Of a DNA stretch of 64,000 nucleotides, positions 50,593-60,658 are shown in pieces (within the stretch, counting starts at the first letter, position 1; each line of letters opens with the position of its first letter). The DNA comes from an uncultured Bacteroidales bacterium. GTDB taxonomy: Bacteria; Bacteroidota; Bacteroidia; Bacteroidales; UBA3824. The DNA is taken from contig CAMVLO010000007.1 of the NCBI GenBank assembly GCA_947168365.1, positions 8,642 to 72,641 on the forward strand. Reading direction: 5' to 3'. Position numbers and translations under genes: made by a program. The notes beneath the pieces are model-generated. The model was not told where the DNA came from, ran no database searches, and saw only the letters and a program-made list of their open reading frames with translations.

Positions 50593-51300
50593 ATGGCAAA
50601 ACTTTATATTGTACCAACTCCGGTTGGCAATCTCGAAGACATGACTTTTAGGGCTGTAAAAGTATTGAAAGAATGCAGCCTGATTCTTTGCGAAGATACT
50701 CGTACAAGTGCCGGTTTGCTCAAACATTTTGAGATTCAGACCCGTACAGCTTCTCATCACAAATTCAATGAACACGAAACTTGCGATTATTATGCAGAAC
50801 GTGTAGAAAATGGTGAAGATATCGCATTGATTTCTGATGCCGGTACACCTGCTATTTCCGATCCGGGATTTATGTTGGTGAGAGCGTGTGTTAATAGGGG
50901 AGTGGATGTGGAATGTCTTCCGGGTGCAACTGCTTTTGTACCGGCACTTGTAGATTCCGGATTCGGGTGCGAAAGTTTTATTTTCAATGGCTTTTTGCCA
51001 CAGAAAAAAGGTCGTCAGAAAAAACTCACTGCTCTTGCTAAACATGATTTATCGATTATTTTTTATGAATCGCCTTACAGAGTTGTAAAACTTTTGGGCG
51101 AGATTAAGGAATATTTCGGAGCCGATCGAAGAATTTCGGTTTCAAGAGAAATTTCAAAACTTCATGAGCAGACACTTCGCGGAACTGCTGACGAACTTAT
51201 CGAGGCATTCAAACAGAAAGCTCCTAAAGGTGAATTTGTAGTAATTGTTGATAAACCCGGTGCTCCTCAGGAAGTTGCGGAAGATTCCGACGAAGATTAA
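50593..51300 (+). CDS. rsmI: 16S rRNA C1402 2'-O-methyltransferase
   Basis: LYIVPTPVGNLED, CEDTR, SDAGTPAISDPG, YESPYR, REISKLHE. Confidence 0.97.
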   Translation: MAKLYIVPTPVGNLEDMTFRAVKVLKECSLILCEDTRTSAGLLKHFEIQTRTASHHKFNEHETCDYYAERVENGEDIALISDAGTPAISDPGFMLVRACVNRGVDVECLPGATAFVPALVDSGFGCESFIFNGFLPQKKGRQKKLTALAKHDLSIIFYESPYRVVKLLGEIKEYFGADRRISVSREISKLHEQTLRGTADELIEAFKQKAPKGEFVVIVDKPGAPQEVAEDSDED

Positions 51301-51319
51301 CATCTCAAATAATCTGATA

Positions 51320-51937
51320 ATGAAACGTTTATTAGTTTTGTCGTGTTTATTGTTTTTATGTTTTGATACAGTAAATGCGCAGAAAAGGGCAGCATACAAA
51401 AAACTGTCAAAACCGGAACGTCAATGGGTAAGACGACATCCGTTTGCAGCATTAAAAGCTTTTCCTATATCCAAAACAGTGAGCAAAGAAGCCAATCAAA
51501 GGTTAACAGACCCCGATTTGGACGGTGACGGCAACGGCGGAATGGTTGACGCTTTTCGTCATACTCTTTGGATGTCGCTCAATAGTCAAGCCTTTGGAAA
51601 ACGTAAAGCAATATTACTCGGAATTGCTCATGAAAAATCCAATCGTCTTGATTTTGAGGCGCATAGATTGGAAGACGGCGATATTCCCGACAGCGTGATG
51701 TGCGAAATGGATTTGCGTAACAACGAGATAGGAGCATCATTGGGCAGAAAATACAAGAATTATTCTTACGACGAAATGGTAAAACTTGTAAAATCCGAAG
51801 TTATCGCCGGAAATTGTTGGAAAGTGAAGAAAGATTCACAAAAAAAATACCTTGATACTAACGGCGAAGTTATCGACCGCAAAAAGTATCAAGGTAATTG
51901 GCATGTACCAAAAGTTTTGATAAAATCAAATAAATAA
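51320..51937 (+). CDS. Secreted DUF6973-like protein
   Basis: Signal peptide, DAFRH.LW, AHE, MDL.NN..G. Confidence 0.7.
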   Translation: MKRLLVLSCLLFLCFDTVNAQKRAAYKKLSKPERQWVRRHPFAALKAFPISKTVSKEANQRLTDPDLDGDGNGGMVDAFRHTLWMSLNSQAFGKRKAILLGIAHEKSNRLDFEAHRLEDGDIPDSVMCEMDLRNNEIGASLGRKYKNYSYDEMVKLVKSEVIAGNCWKVKKDSQKKYLDTNGEVIDRKKYQGNWHVPKVLIKSNK

Positions 51938-52483
51938 CTAATCTTCAGACGATTCGGTTAAAAACTTGTTTCTATCTACTTTGTTGATTCTTTCGTAAAC
52001 AGCAAAAAAATACGGGTGGTCGTTTTTCTCGTCGGCTTTAAATTCGTCGGAAACCGAGTTGATTTTCCAATCTTCGATATCTATTTCCGGGAAAAACGCA
52101 TCAGCTCCGTCAAATGTGTGGCGAATAGAGGTAACATACAATTTATCAGCGATATCAAAAAATTGTTTGTAAATCTGAGCTCCGCCAATTACAAAACATC
52201 TTTCGCAGTTTTTGATTACTCTCAGATTAAGTACTTCGTTGATGCTGGAACAAGAAATTGCCTTGTCGAAAATTTTTTCCTCGTCTTTGGTTAATACAAT
52301 ATTTACTCTGTTTGGCAATGCGCCTTTGGGTAAAGATTCAAAAGTCTTTCTGCCCATTATAATCGGGTGACCTGTAGTAAGTTCCTTGAAATTTACCATG
52401 TCGCCTTTCAAGTGGCAGAGAAGTTGATTTTCTTTTCCGATAGCGTTTTTCTCGTCAACAGCTACAATCATGCAAAGTTCCAT
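51938..52483 (-). CDS. folA: Dihydrofolate reductase
   Basis: IG.ENQL, MGRKTFESL...LPNR, IGGAQIY, DAFFP. Confidence 0.96.
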   Translation of the reverse strand: MELCMIVAVDEKNAIGKENQLLCHLKGDMVNFKELTTGHPIIMGRKTFESLPKGALPNRVNIVLTKDEEKIFDKAISCSSINEVLNLRVIKNCERCFVIGGAQIYKQFFDIADKLYVTSIRHTFDGADAFFPEIDIEDWKINSVSDEFKADEKNDHPYFFAVYERINKVDRNKFLTESSED

Positions 52484-52508
52484 TTTTGTCTAATATTATA
52501 AAGTGTGT

Positions 52509-53303
52509 TTATACTGATACTACTCCTTTTATTGCGGGGTGACATTGATAGTTTTCAAGTGTAAAATCCTCGTATTGAAAACTGAAAATATCTTTTACCT
52601 CTGGATTAATTCTCATTGTCGGCAACGGATAAGGTTCTCTTGTAAGTTGGAGTTTTACTTGCTCCAAATGATTGAGATAAATATGTGCATCGCCTATTGT
52701 ATGAACAAAATCTCCGGGTTTTAGTCCGCAAACTTGTGCTATCATCATTGTTAACAGCGCGTATGATGCGATATTAAACGGTATTCCCAAAAACGAATCG
52801 CCGCTGCGTTGATATAGTTGACAGCTTAATTTACCGTCAATTACATAAAACTGAAACATCGTATGACACGGCGGCAATGCCATGGAGTCAACATCGGCAG
52901 GATTCCATGCCGTAACAATATGACGGCGTGAGTTCGGATTGTTTTTGATACTTTCAATCAAATTTTTTATCTGATCGATTTCTCTGCCGTCGGGAGTTTT
53001 CCAATGTCGCCATTGATAACCGTATACCGGACCTAAATCGCCGTTTTCGTCTGCCCATTCGTTCCAAATCCTTACGCCGTGGTCTTGAAGGTATTTTACA
53101 TTTGTATCTCCGTTCAAAAACCACAAAAGTTCGTAAATGATAGATTTCAAATGCACCTTTTTGGTTGTAACAATCGGAAAACCTTCCGACAAATCATAAC
53201 GCATTTGATATCCGAAATAGCTTATAGTGCCTGTACCGGTACGATCTTCTTTTTTTGTACCTTTGGTGAGAATTGTATTGAGTAATTCAAGATATTGTTT
53301 CAT
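52509..53303 (-). CDS. thyA: Thymidylate synthase
   Basis: DRTGTGT, ELLWFL, MALPPCH, LYQRSGD.FLG.PFN. Confidence 0.98.
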   Translation of the reverse strand: MKQYLELLNTILTKGTKKEDRTGTGTISYFGYQMRYDLSEGFPIVTTKKVHLKSIIYELLWFLNGDTNVKYLQDHGVRIWNEWADENGDLGPVYGYQWRHWKTPDGREIDQIKNLIESIKNNPNSRRHIVTAWNPADVDSMALPPCHTMFQFYVIDGKLSCQLYQRSGDSFLGIPFNIASYALLTMMIAQVCGLKPGDFVHTIGDAHIYLNHLEQVKLQLTREPYPLPTMRINPEVKDIFSFQYEDFTLENYQCHPAIKGVVSV

Positions 53304-53443
53304 AGTTTTTCTTTTTGGACGGTTGCAAAGTTAGTAAAAAATTACCTGAAAAATTATTATTTAATTTCAAATCTTTATATCTTTGTCAACCAAAAAACTG
53401 AAAAACTTTAATAATTAACTTTTAAAATAATTAGTTATAAAAA

Positions 53444-53893
53444 ATGAAAAAAATACTAATTTTAATTGCTGCTGCTGTTTTTACTGTAAACGTAGCAAAT
53501 GCACAGGTTCAGATCAAAGAATCAAAAGTTCCTGCTGCCGTAAAAGCGCATTTCGAAAAAGACGTAAATAAAGAAGCTCTCAAAACTGCTGTTTGGTACA
53601 AAATCGGTAAAGATTTCTTGAGCGAACATCAAGGAATTTCTCGTCGTTACAACAAATACGGTATTTTTGTTTATAGTCTTGAATATATTGACAAAAGTCA
53701 AGTAGAACCCAAAGCCGTTGAAAACTTTGAAAAGAAATATGCTTCTGAATTCAATTATCAACGTGCTGCAATTGCAACTCTTGAAAACGGTGAGAAACAA
53801 TTTTTCTTGATTGCAAAAAGTCAGAAAGGTGATTACTATTTCAAGTATAACGAAAAAGGTAAATTCATCGAAAAAACTGACGCCAGAAAGTAG
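53444..53893 (+). CDS. Secreted PepSY-like domain protein (paralog of 50118)
   Basis: AQV......VPAAVK..F, G.FVY.L, YYFKY...G..I.KT. Confidence 0.6.
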   Translation: MKKILILIAAAVFTVNVANAQVQIKESKVPAAVKAHFEKDVNKEALKTAVWYKIGKDFLSEHQGISRRYNKYGIFVYSLEYIDKSQVEPKAVENFEKKYASEFNYQRAAIATLENGEKQFFLIAKSQKGDYYFKYNEKGKFIEKTDARK

Positions 53894-53925
53894 TTTTTCA
53901 TTTTAAATAAAGATTTATTTAATAA

Positions 53926-53960
53926 GTAGGGGCGGAACTTAAGTGTTTCGCCCTTTTTTT
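53926..53960 (+). repeat. GTAG-type REP-like hairpin or terminator
   Basis: GTAGGGGCGGAAC...GTTTCGCCCT followed by a T run. Confidence 0.6.
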
Positions 53961-53990
53961 AGTATGCTTTCTTTTTTTTGACATCAATAT

Positions 53991-54566
53991 TTATTCGCCG
54001 TTGGCTTGACGATTTGCAATTTCGTCGCGGATTTTCGATGCAAATTCATAATCTTCCTTTTCAATAGCCTTTTGAAGAACCTCATTAAGTTCTTTAATAG
54101 ACATCATCTTAATATTTGGTTTTGAGGACGAAGAAGGATCATCATCGCCAAAAACATATCCCGCCTTACTCAGAACCACTTCATAAGTATAAATCGGGCA
54201 GCCGCATTTTAGCGCAATTGCTACAGCGTCCGAAGTTCTTGCATCAAGCCTTACAATATCTTCCTCCGAAGTTCCCGGAATCTTACAAACAATCTCGGCA
54301 TAGAAAATACCTTTTTCTACATTTGTAATTATCACTTCAATAATCTCGATGTCAAAAGAAGAAGCGAACCTGAAAATAAAGTCGTACACCAACGGACGTG
54401 CGGGAACCATGCCATCCAATTGTATGGCAATAGCCTGAGCCTCACTCATTCCGATAACAATCGGCAACTTTCTGTTACCGTTTTTTTCGGCAAGGATGAG
54501 TGTGTATGCGTTTTCGTAGTTGCCTTGATTGGCAATAGCAACTACAGATAATGCTATCTTCTCCAT
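53991..54566 (-). CDS. Bifunctional nuclease (DUF151) with UVR domain
   Basis: LPIVIG..EAQAI, DARTSDAVAIA, AIEKEDYE.A..IRDEI. Start moved to MEKIAL. Confidence 0.92.
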   Translation of the reverse strand: MEKIALSVVAIANQGNYENAYTLILAEKNGNRKLPIVIGMSEAQAIAIQLDGMVPARPLVYDFIFRFASSFDIEIIEVIITNVEKGIFYAEIVCKIPGTSEEDIVRLDARTSDAVAIALKCGCPIYTYEVVLSKAGYVFGDDDPSSSSKPNIKMMSIKELNEVLQKAIEKEDYEFASKIRDEIANRQANGE

Positions 54567-54749
54567 TGCAAAGGTTTTGTAAAAATATTTTTTAGCAAAA
54601 ATAAAAAAAAATAATTGAAAAAAATATTTGGTAAAGAAAATAAAATTCAATAATTTTGCGGTGCTAAAAAATAATATTAATCCGTTGGTATGGTTTACAA
54701 GCGATAACAGTAAAATGTTACCACCATATTGACAATAAATCACTCTATA

Positions 54750-55061
54750 ATGTACGCAATAGTAGAAATAGCAGGTCAACAATTTAAAGTTGAAAAAAGC
54801 AGAAAAGTTTATGTACACCGCCTCAAAAACGAAGAAGGCAGCAATGTAAGTTTTGACAACGTATTGTTGGTAGACAATGATGGCGATGTAAAAGTAGGTG
54901 CTCCTAAAGTAGACGGCGCTTCAGTATCTGCAAAAGTTTTGAAACATCTCAAAGACGACAAAGTAATCGTTTTCCACAAAAAACGTAGAAAAGGTTATGC
55001 AGTAAAAAGAGGTCACCGTCAGTTCCTCACACAAATTCTTATCGAAGACATCAATTTCTAA
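54750..55061 (+). CDS. rplU: 50S ribosomal protein L21
   Basis: MYAIVEIAGQQFKV, KRRK....GHRQ. Confidence 0.98.
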   Translation: MYAIVEIAGQQFKVEKSRKVYVHRLKNEEGSNVSFDNVLLVDNDGDVKVGAPKVDGASVSAKVLKHLKDDKVIVFHKKRRKGYAVKRGHRQFLTQILIEDINF

Positions 55062-55126
55062 TCGACGAAGAATTCTGTAACAAATTTATTTTATTGTTTA
55101 ATCAAAAATTAAGAAAGTAAAAGAAA

Positions 55127-55402
55127 ATGGCACATAAGAAAGGCGTCGGCAGCTCACGTAACGGCCGTGAATCACACAGCAAACGTTTGGGCGTTAAGAA
55201 ATTTGGTGGCGAAGCAGTGATTGCTGGTAACATCATCGTTCGTCAGAGAGGTACTCAACACTATCCGGGCAAAAACGTTGGTATGGGTAAAGATCATACT
55301 TTGTTTGCTTTGGTAGATGGTACTGTTAAGTTCGTGGTTAAAGGTAAGGACAAAAGCTATGTTGATGTAGTGGAAGCTCCTGCTCAAGCCAAAGAAGCGT
55401 AA
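55127..55402 (+). CDS. rpmA: 50S ribosomal protein L27
   Basis: [24 protein letters not shown]. Confidence 0.98.
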   Translation: MAHKKGVGSSRNGRESHSKRLGVKKFGGEAVIAGNIIVRQRGTQHYPGKNVGMGKDHTLFALVDGTVKFVVKGKDKSYVDVVEAPAQAKEA

Positions 55403-55526
55403 CTTCTTTATCATTGAAGATTTTTTCAAGATAATTAATCTTATAACACTCCTAAGTTGGCTTTTGTTTATAATCCTGCTTAGGAGTTTGTTTTTTTATT
55501 ACAACTAACTAATAATTAATTTCATT

Positions 55527-56834
55527 ATGCTGTTAGTAAAAACTATTGTAGAAAACCCTGAATTTGTTATCGAGCGTTTGGCTATCAAAAACCGTGATGC
55601 CCGCCCGGCTGTTGAGAAAATTTGCGAACTCGACAAGCAAAAACGTGAAGTTCAGAAATCTCTTGAAGACAACAAAGCTGAACAAAACTCTTTGGCTAAG
55701 AAAATCGGTGAGGCTTTCAAAGCCGGAAAACCTCAAGATGCTGAAGCTTTTAAGGCTCGTTCCGCTGAATTGAAAAATATCATCAAAGAAGAGGAAGACA
55801 AATTCCAAGCTTTGGACAAAGAATTGTTTGATACTTTGGTATTGTTGCCTAACTTGCCTTACGAACTTGTTGCTCCCGGCAAGTCTGCTGACGACAATGT
55901 GGAAATCCGTCGCGGTGGTGAAGAACCTAAATTTGAAGGTTTTGAACCTCAATGCCACTGGGATTTGGCTAAAAAATATGATATTATCGATTTTGCTACC
56001 GGCGTAAAAATTACAGGCGCAGGTTTCCCGCTTTATAAAGGTAAGGGTGCTAAACTTCAACGTGCTCTTATCAATTTCTTCCTCAACGAAGCCGGTAAAT
56101 CCGGTTATCAAGAGGTAGAACCTCCTGTTTTGGTAAACGAAGCTTCCGGTTTCGGTACAGGTCAGCTCCCTGACAAAGAGGGTCAGATGTATCACTGTCA
56201 AGTAGATAATTTCTATCTCGTTCCTACTGCTGAAGTTCCGGTTACTAATATTTACCGTGACGAAATCCTTGATGCAAAACAATTACCGATAAAACATTGT
56301 GCTTATACACCATGTTTCCGTCGTGAGGCAGGTAGCTACGGCTCTGACGTAAAAGGTCTTAACCGTTTGCATCAGTTCGATAAAGTAGAACTTGTACAAA
56401 TCGTACATCCTGACAAATCTTACAAAGCGTTGGATTTGATGGTAATGCATGTAGAAAACCTTTTGAAAAAGTTGCGTTTGCCATACAGAATTATCCGTCT
56501 TTGCGGTGGTGATATGAGTTTCACTTCTGCTATGACATACGATTTTGAAGTTTGGTGCGCTGCTCAAGGCAAATGGTTGGAAGTAAGTTCTGTTTCTAAC
56601 TTTGAATCTTTCCAAGCTAACAGATTGAAACTTCGTTTCAAAGAAGAAGGCGAAAAGAAAACAAGACTTTGTCATACCCTCAATGGTTCAGGTCTTGCTC
56701 TTCCGAGAATCGTGGCTTCTATTCTTGAAGATTTCCAGAAAGGCGACAGAATCGAAATCCCTGAGTGTCTTAGACCTTACACCGGTTTTGATTATATCGG
56801 CGGTGAAGAAGACACTGTTGCTAATCAAGAATAA
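55527..56834 (+). CDS. serS: Serine--tRNA ligase
   Basis: PTAEVP, FRREAGS, RLHQFDKVE, EVSSVSN, HTLNGSGLA. Confidence 0.98.
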   Translation: MLLVKTIVENPEFVIERLAIKNRDARPAVEKICELDKQKREVQKSLEDNKAEQNSLAKKIGEAFKAGKPQDAEAFKARSAELKNIIKEEEDKFQALDKELFDTLVLLPNLPYELVAPGKSADDNVEIRRGGEEPKFEGFEPQCHWDLAKKYDIIDFATGVKITGAGFPLYKGKGAKLQRALINFFLNEAGKSGYQEVEPPVLVNEASGFGTGQLPDKEGQMYHCQVDNFYLVPTAEVPVTNIYRDEILDAKQLPIKHCAYTPCFRREAGSYGSDVKGLNRLHQFDKVELVQIVHPDKSYKALDLMVMHVENLLKKLRLPYRIIRLCGGDMSFTSAMTYDFEVWCAAQGKWLEVSSVSNFESFQANRLKLRFKEEGEKKTRLCHTLNGSGLALPRIVASILEDFQKGDRIEIPECLRPYTGFDYIGGEEDTVANQE

Positions 56835-56858
56835 AATTTGATTTTTTTTTCATAATAG

Positions 56859-56895
56859 ATTCCTCATTTCTTTCGGGAAGTGGGGAATTTTTTTT
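56859..56895 (+). terminator. Terminator after serS
   Basis: ATTCCTCATTTC-TTTCGG-GAAGTGGGGAAT followed by a T run. Confidence 0.8.
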
Positions 56896-56960
56896 ATTTT
56901 TTAGATTTCGATTTTTTTTTGAGAATGTTCCATTATTTGTGGTAAGGTAATTAGGAAATA

Positions 56961-56985
56961 GTAGAGACGTTGCGTGCAACGTCTA
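56961..56985 (+). repeat. GTAG-type REP element
   Basis: Identical to 46694-46718. Confidence 0.8.
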
Positions 56986-57084
56986 AAATTGACATAAATT
57001 TTGTGGGGGAGGTAAACTGTAAGTTTTTTAATCCTCGGAAAATAAAGACAGAAATTTCGCCACCGTGTTGCGGCTTGGAAAATT

Positions 57085-57413
57085 CATAAAAAAATAATTT
57101 TTAAGAAATTTCCACTTGGCGATGTCATAAAAAAATAATTTTTAATAAATTTCCACTTGGCGATGTCTTAAAAAAAATAATTTTAATAAATTTCCACTCG
57201 GCGATGTCCTAAAAAAAATATTTTTAATAAATTTCCACTTGGCGATGTCCTAAAAAAAATAATTTTAATAAATTTCCACTTGGCGATGTCCTAAAAAAAT
57301 AATTTTTAATAAATTTCCACTTGGCAAAGTCCTAAAAAAAATAATTTTAATAAATTTCCACTTGGCGATGTCCTAAAAAATAAATTTTTAATAAATTTCC
57401 ACCCGGAGATGTC
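57085..57413. repeat. Tandem array 3: 8 units of 41 bp (TCCACTTGGCGATGTCCTAAAAAAATAATTTTTAATAAATT)
   Basis: TCCAC at 57111, 57152, 57193, 57234, 57275, 57316, 57357, 57398. Confidence 0.97.
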
Positions 57414-57589
57414 TTCATTGCAGTTTAATTAAAAAAAATCCATACGAGAATTTTAACTCCATTTTGTTATAATTATAAAGTCTGAACTGCTATTTTTATA
57501 TCATCAAAATACTATTATTTTATTGCTTTTTTAGTGTATTTTCTCTTCTTTTAATATCTTATCTTTTATCAAATTTTGCTTAGAAAATG

Positions 57590-57905
57590 TAACTGTCTGA
57601 TAATCAATTTGTAAATTTAATATTTTTTAACACTCGTTCGCTACAGATAGCTGTAGTTAGGTTTTGAGAGTAAAATTGAGTATTTTTTACAGTAAAAAAT
57701 GGGTAATATTTATTCAGTTAACTTGCAAAAATTTGCATATTTAAAAATCTTTTTGTATCTTTGTAGCGTAATAATTGATTTGATGACAGTAAGTCCTACA
57801 AGGAATTGAAAGTAACATATAGAAAATTAAATAGTGTAGGCATTAAAAAAAATCATAATTATTTTATTAGTTAACTTATTGTTTAATTTAAAACTATTTT
57901 TTATT
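57590..57905 (+). promoter_or_regulatory. Cassette leader 3 (IHF-like site 57590, palindrome 57641, promoter 57732-57763)
   Basis: TAACTGTCTGATA, TTTAATATTTTTTAACA, CTACAG-ATAG-CTGTAG, TTTG-N20-TATCTTTG, TAATTGATT. Confidence 0.7.
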
Positions 57906-58652
57906 ATGAATCAAAATTTGAAATTAAGTCTTGGCAAGTTGAAAAACTTGGAAACGCTGTATTTCGCGTCCCAAGCACTTGTAGCATCGGAGATGTTACC
58001 TGAAGAAATACGTAAAAGCGAATATTTTAAGAATTTCGCTAAAAGTTATGATGATTGGGTTGTGGCTTTTCAGAAAGCTAAAACCAATACTTTGACAGTA
58101 GAATTGGTTGATAAGTTTGCTAAAATCGGTAAACTTGTTGCTTGTATCAAAGTGATAATCGATTCTTATTGTAATGTATTGAAACTTGGTGATTTGGATG
58201 CTAACCAAAAGGCGTTGAGTATTTTGAGTAAGTACAAGATGATCTCGAAAGGTAACAGATTCGATATTATTTCTTGGACTAAACATTTTACCAACGAATT
58301 GAATGAGCTCGGAAAAGATAATTGTGAGCTTATGGGTATTCAGATTTACATCGAAACAATCCAAAAATATCTTTCTGAATATGAGGCTCTTTACAAAGAA
58401 CGTTCTATTTATTCAGAAATGATATTAGGTGAGAAACACGCTGCGCGAGATGCGTTGGAATGTGCGTGGAAAGAGTTTTGGGAGTATGTACAGATGTACA
58501 ACAAGTACTCTAAAGAGGATTCTTGTAATGAATTTATCAAAGCTATCAATGCTTTGAAGAAGAACGGTGATAATCTTGACCGTAAAGCTTCTGAATTGAA
58601 TTCTACCACAGAGGAATCTATTGTAGAGCCCGAAACTAATATCTCGAAATAG
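57906..58652 (+). CDS. DUF6261/HagB-like protein (cassette copy 3, divergent)
   Basis: SL.KL.NLE.LYF, LPEEIR, LY.ER..Y, AR..L..AW, YN.Y...DSC.EFI shared with copies 1 and 2. Confidence 0.7.
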   Translation: MNQNLKLSLGKLKNLETLYFASQALVASEMLPEEIRKSEYFKNFAKSYDDWVVAFQKAKTNTLTVELVDKFAKIGKLVACIKVIIDSYCNVLKLGDLDANQKALSILSKYKMISKGNRFDIISWTKHFTNELNELGKDNCELMGIQIYIETIQKYLSEYEALYKERSIYSEMILGEKHAARDALECAWKEFWEYVQMYNKYSKEDSCNEFIKAINALKKNGDNLDRKASELNSTTEESIVEPETNISK

Positions 58653-58689
58653 TTTTAATCAATTTTTTTTCGATTAAAATGATTCTATT

Positions 58690-58725
58690 GCGGAAGTTGG
58701 TTTTGTACCGGCTTCCGTTTTTTTA
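58690..58725 (+). terminator. Terminator after cassette 3
   Basis: GCGGAAGTTGGT...ACCGGCTTCCGT followed by a T run. Confidence 0.75.
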
Positions 58726-59580
58726 TTTCTTGTTGTAAGGGAAAAATCTAAGTTTCAACCATTTCCATGATGATTTCAATAACATCCGGGTTTTGAAAAT
58801 CTGTTTGTCTTTTTCGTTGAGATTCGGTTGTGTGGATTTGCCGCCAAGGTGCAATACTTTTGCATCGGGACAAATTCCGCTTTTATATTTTTTTTGTTGA
58901 CAGTAATCAAAAAGTATCATTTCTTCTGCGTAGAGAAATGTTACCGGAAGAAATGCAAATTCTTCGTTTTCCAACCATTTGCCGGTAAATATCACACATG
59001 AGCCGTGAAGAATACAATTTTCGATATTTTTTAGATTTACTTGTTGTTTGTGATATGTTTTGCTGTTTTCGGAATATGATGTCAATATTTTTTTACTGAA
59101 TATTCCTACTTTTAAACAAAACAGTCTTACACAATCTATCAGCATCTTTTTTATAAGTCTGATAGTTGTAAAAGTTTCAGTCATAAGCGGGTTTTGATGT
59201 TTGTCTTCTGATGTTATAATATCAGGTCCGCAGATGTCGAGTTTGTGTGTGGTTAAATAATTTTTTATCGAAATTTCAAAATCCGGTTGACTGATAATTA
59301 CATCGTTGTTCATTACAACGATATATTCGGCTTTAACATTTTTCTTTATATAATGATAACCCAAATTGTTACCTCTTGCAAAACCTAAATTTATTTTGCT
59401 TATTATTACTTTGATATTCGGCTTGTTGGAATATTTTTCTTGAAGTTTTTCTCCCGAAGAGTCACAACTTCCGTTGTCCACTATTACGATATTGGCAACG
59501 GGCGAAATTTTCAGAAGATGACTTATACATTTGATTGTGATATCCAATGTCTTGTAATGCAAAATTACGTAGGCAAACAT
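58723..59580 (-). CDS. Glycosyltransferase family 2
   Basis: VILHY, IVDNGS.D, NLGFARGNNLG, NND, FLYAEE. Confidence 0.92.
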   Translation of the reverse strand: MFAYVILHYKTLDITIKCISHLLKISPVANIVIVDNGSCDSSGEKLQEKYSNKPNIKVIISKINLGFARGNNLGYHYIKKNVKAEYIVVMNNDVIISQPDFEISIKNYLTTHKLDICGPDIITSEDKHQNPLMTETFTTIRLIKKMLIDCVRLFCLKVGIFSKKILTSYSENSKTYHKQQVNLKNIENCILHGSCVIFTGKWLENEEFAFLPVTFLYAEEMILFDYCQQKKYKSGICPDAKVLHLGGKSTQPNLNEKDKQIFKTRMLLKSSWKWLKLRFFPYNKK

Positions 59581-59581
59581 A

Positions 59582-60496
59582 TTATTGATGTGAATTGAGA
59601 TATTTCTTTAGTTTACAGTAATTTATAATACGTCTTACAATAGAGCAGTTGTAAGTTTTTCTAAATGATTTCAGTATTATCGGGTTAACAGTAGTATCGC
59701 TAACAAAATTAAAATTAGTAAGTTCATCGTCCAAAAACAAATCAGATTGATATTTGGATGTTGATTTAATATTTGTACCGCTACCGTCGGCACCGTTGTT
59801 TACTACAAGCGATAATACGGGGTAAATTGTTTTCAGTTTCTTTTTGTAACCTGAGTAGCAAAAACGTATTGACCAAGAGTTGATTACGCCTGTTTGCTGT
59901 TTCAATAGCATTGTACAAAGGTCGGAGCCCGATTGGTTGAACTCTTTTCTTAGTTTGGAATTTGAGATAAAGTCTTTGAAATCTGTTACTTCCCAATCGG
60001 TGTTCATCCAACGGTCTTTCCAAGTAGCCCAGCCCCAAGAGCAATTCCGCATGATGGAATATGTTGTAAAATTGTAATTATCGGGAATTGTTACCGGCGG
60101 GGTATATCCCGAAACTGATTGTACATCGCTTTTCTCGTAGAATTTCAAAGCACTGTTCATATATTTCAAGAATAGCGGTGTTACAACGAGGTCGTCTTCC
60201 AAAACTATAGCTGTATCGTAGGTTTCAAAAACTTTTGTTACACCGTCGATAATATTTTTTGCCAGCCCGATATTTTTATCTCTGAAAACAGAAGTTATTT
60301 TTTTGAACCCTGTAATTTTGTTAACAAGGTTACGTACTTCGGCGACCTTAGCGGTGTCTTCTTCATTTTTTGCGCCGTCGCAATATACAATTAAGTCAGA
60401 GTCTTTAGCTTCTTTGTTAAGTAGCAGACTTTTAATTACTTTTTCGGTATGTTGCGGACGGTTGTAAGCGAATATTATTATTGGTGCTGACATCAT
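59582..60496 (-). CDS. Glycosyltransferase (GT-A fold)
   Basis: PIIIFAYNRP.H, YCDG, N.GLA..II.GV, IVLEDD, SWGWATW. Confidence 0.88.
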   Translation of the reverse strand: MMSAPIIIFAYNRPQHTEKVIKSLLLNKEAKDSDLIVYCDGAKNEEDTAKVAEVRNLVNKITGFKKITSVFRDKNIGLAKNIIDGVTKVFETYDTAIVLEDDLVVTPLFLKYMNSALKFYEKSDVQSVSGYTPPVTIPDNYNFTTYSIMRNCSWGWATWKDRWMNTDWEVTDFKDFISNSKLRKEFNQSGSDLCTMLLKQQTGVINSWSIRFCYSGYKKKLKTIYPVLSLVVNNGADGSGTNIKSTSKYQSDLFLDDELTNFNFVSDTTVNPIILKSFRKTYNCSIVRRIINYCKLKKYLNSHQ

Positions 60497-60658
60497 TTTT
60501 TTGTTTTGTGCAAAGATAATAATTTGCATGAAATTTGTTATTCGTAATTTGCTTTTTTTATTGTTGTTCAATTTTTCGTGAGTATTTGATTTAATTTTAT
60601 TTTTGCGACAAATTGGAAAGTAAAAAAGTTAAAATAAAAAATCAACTAATAGTGCGTT

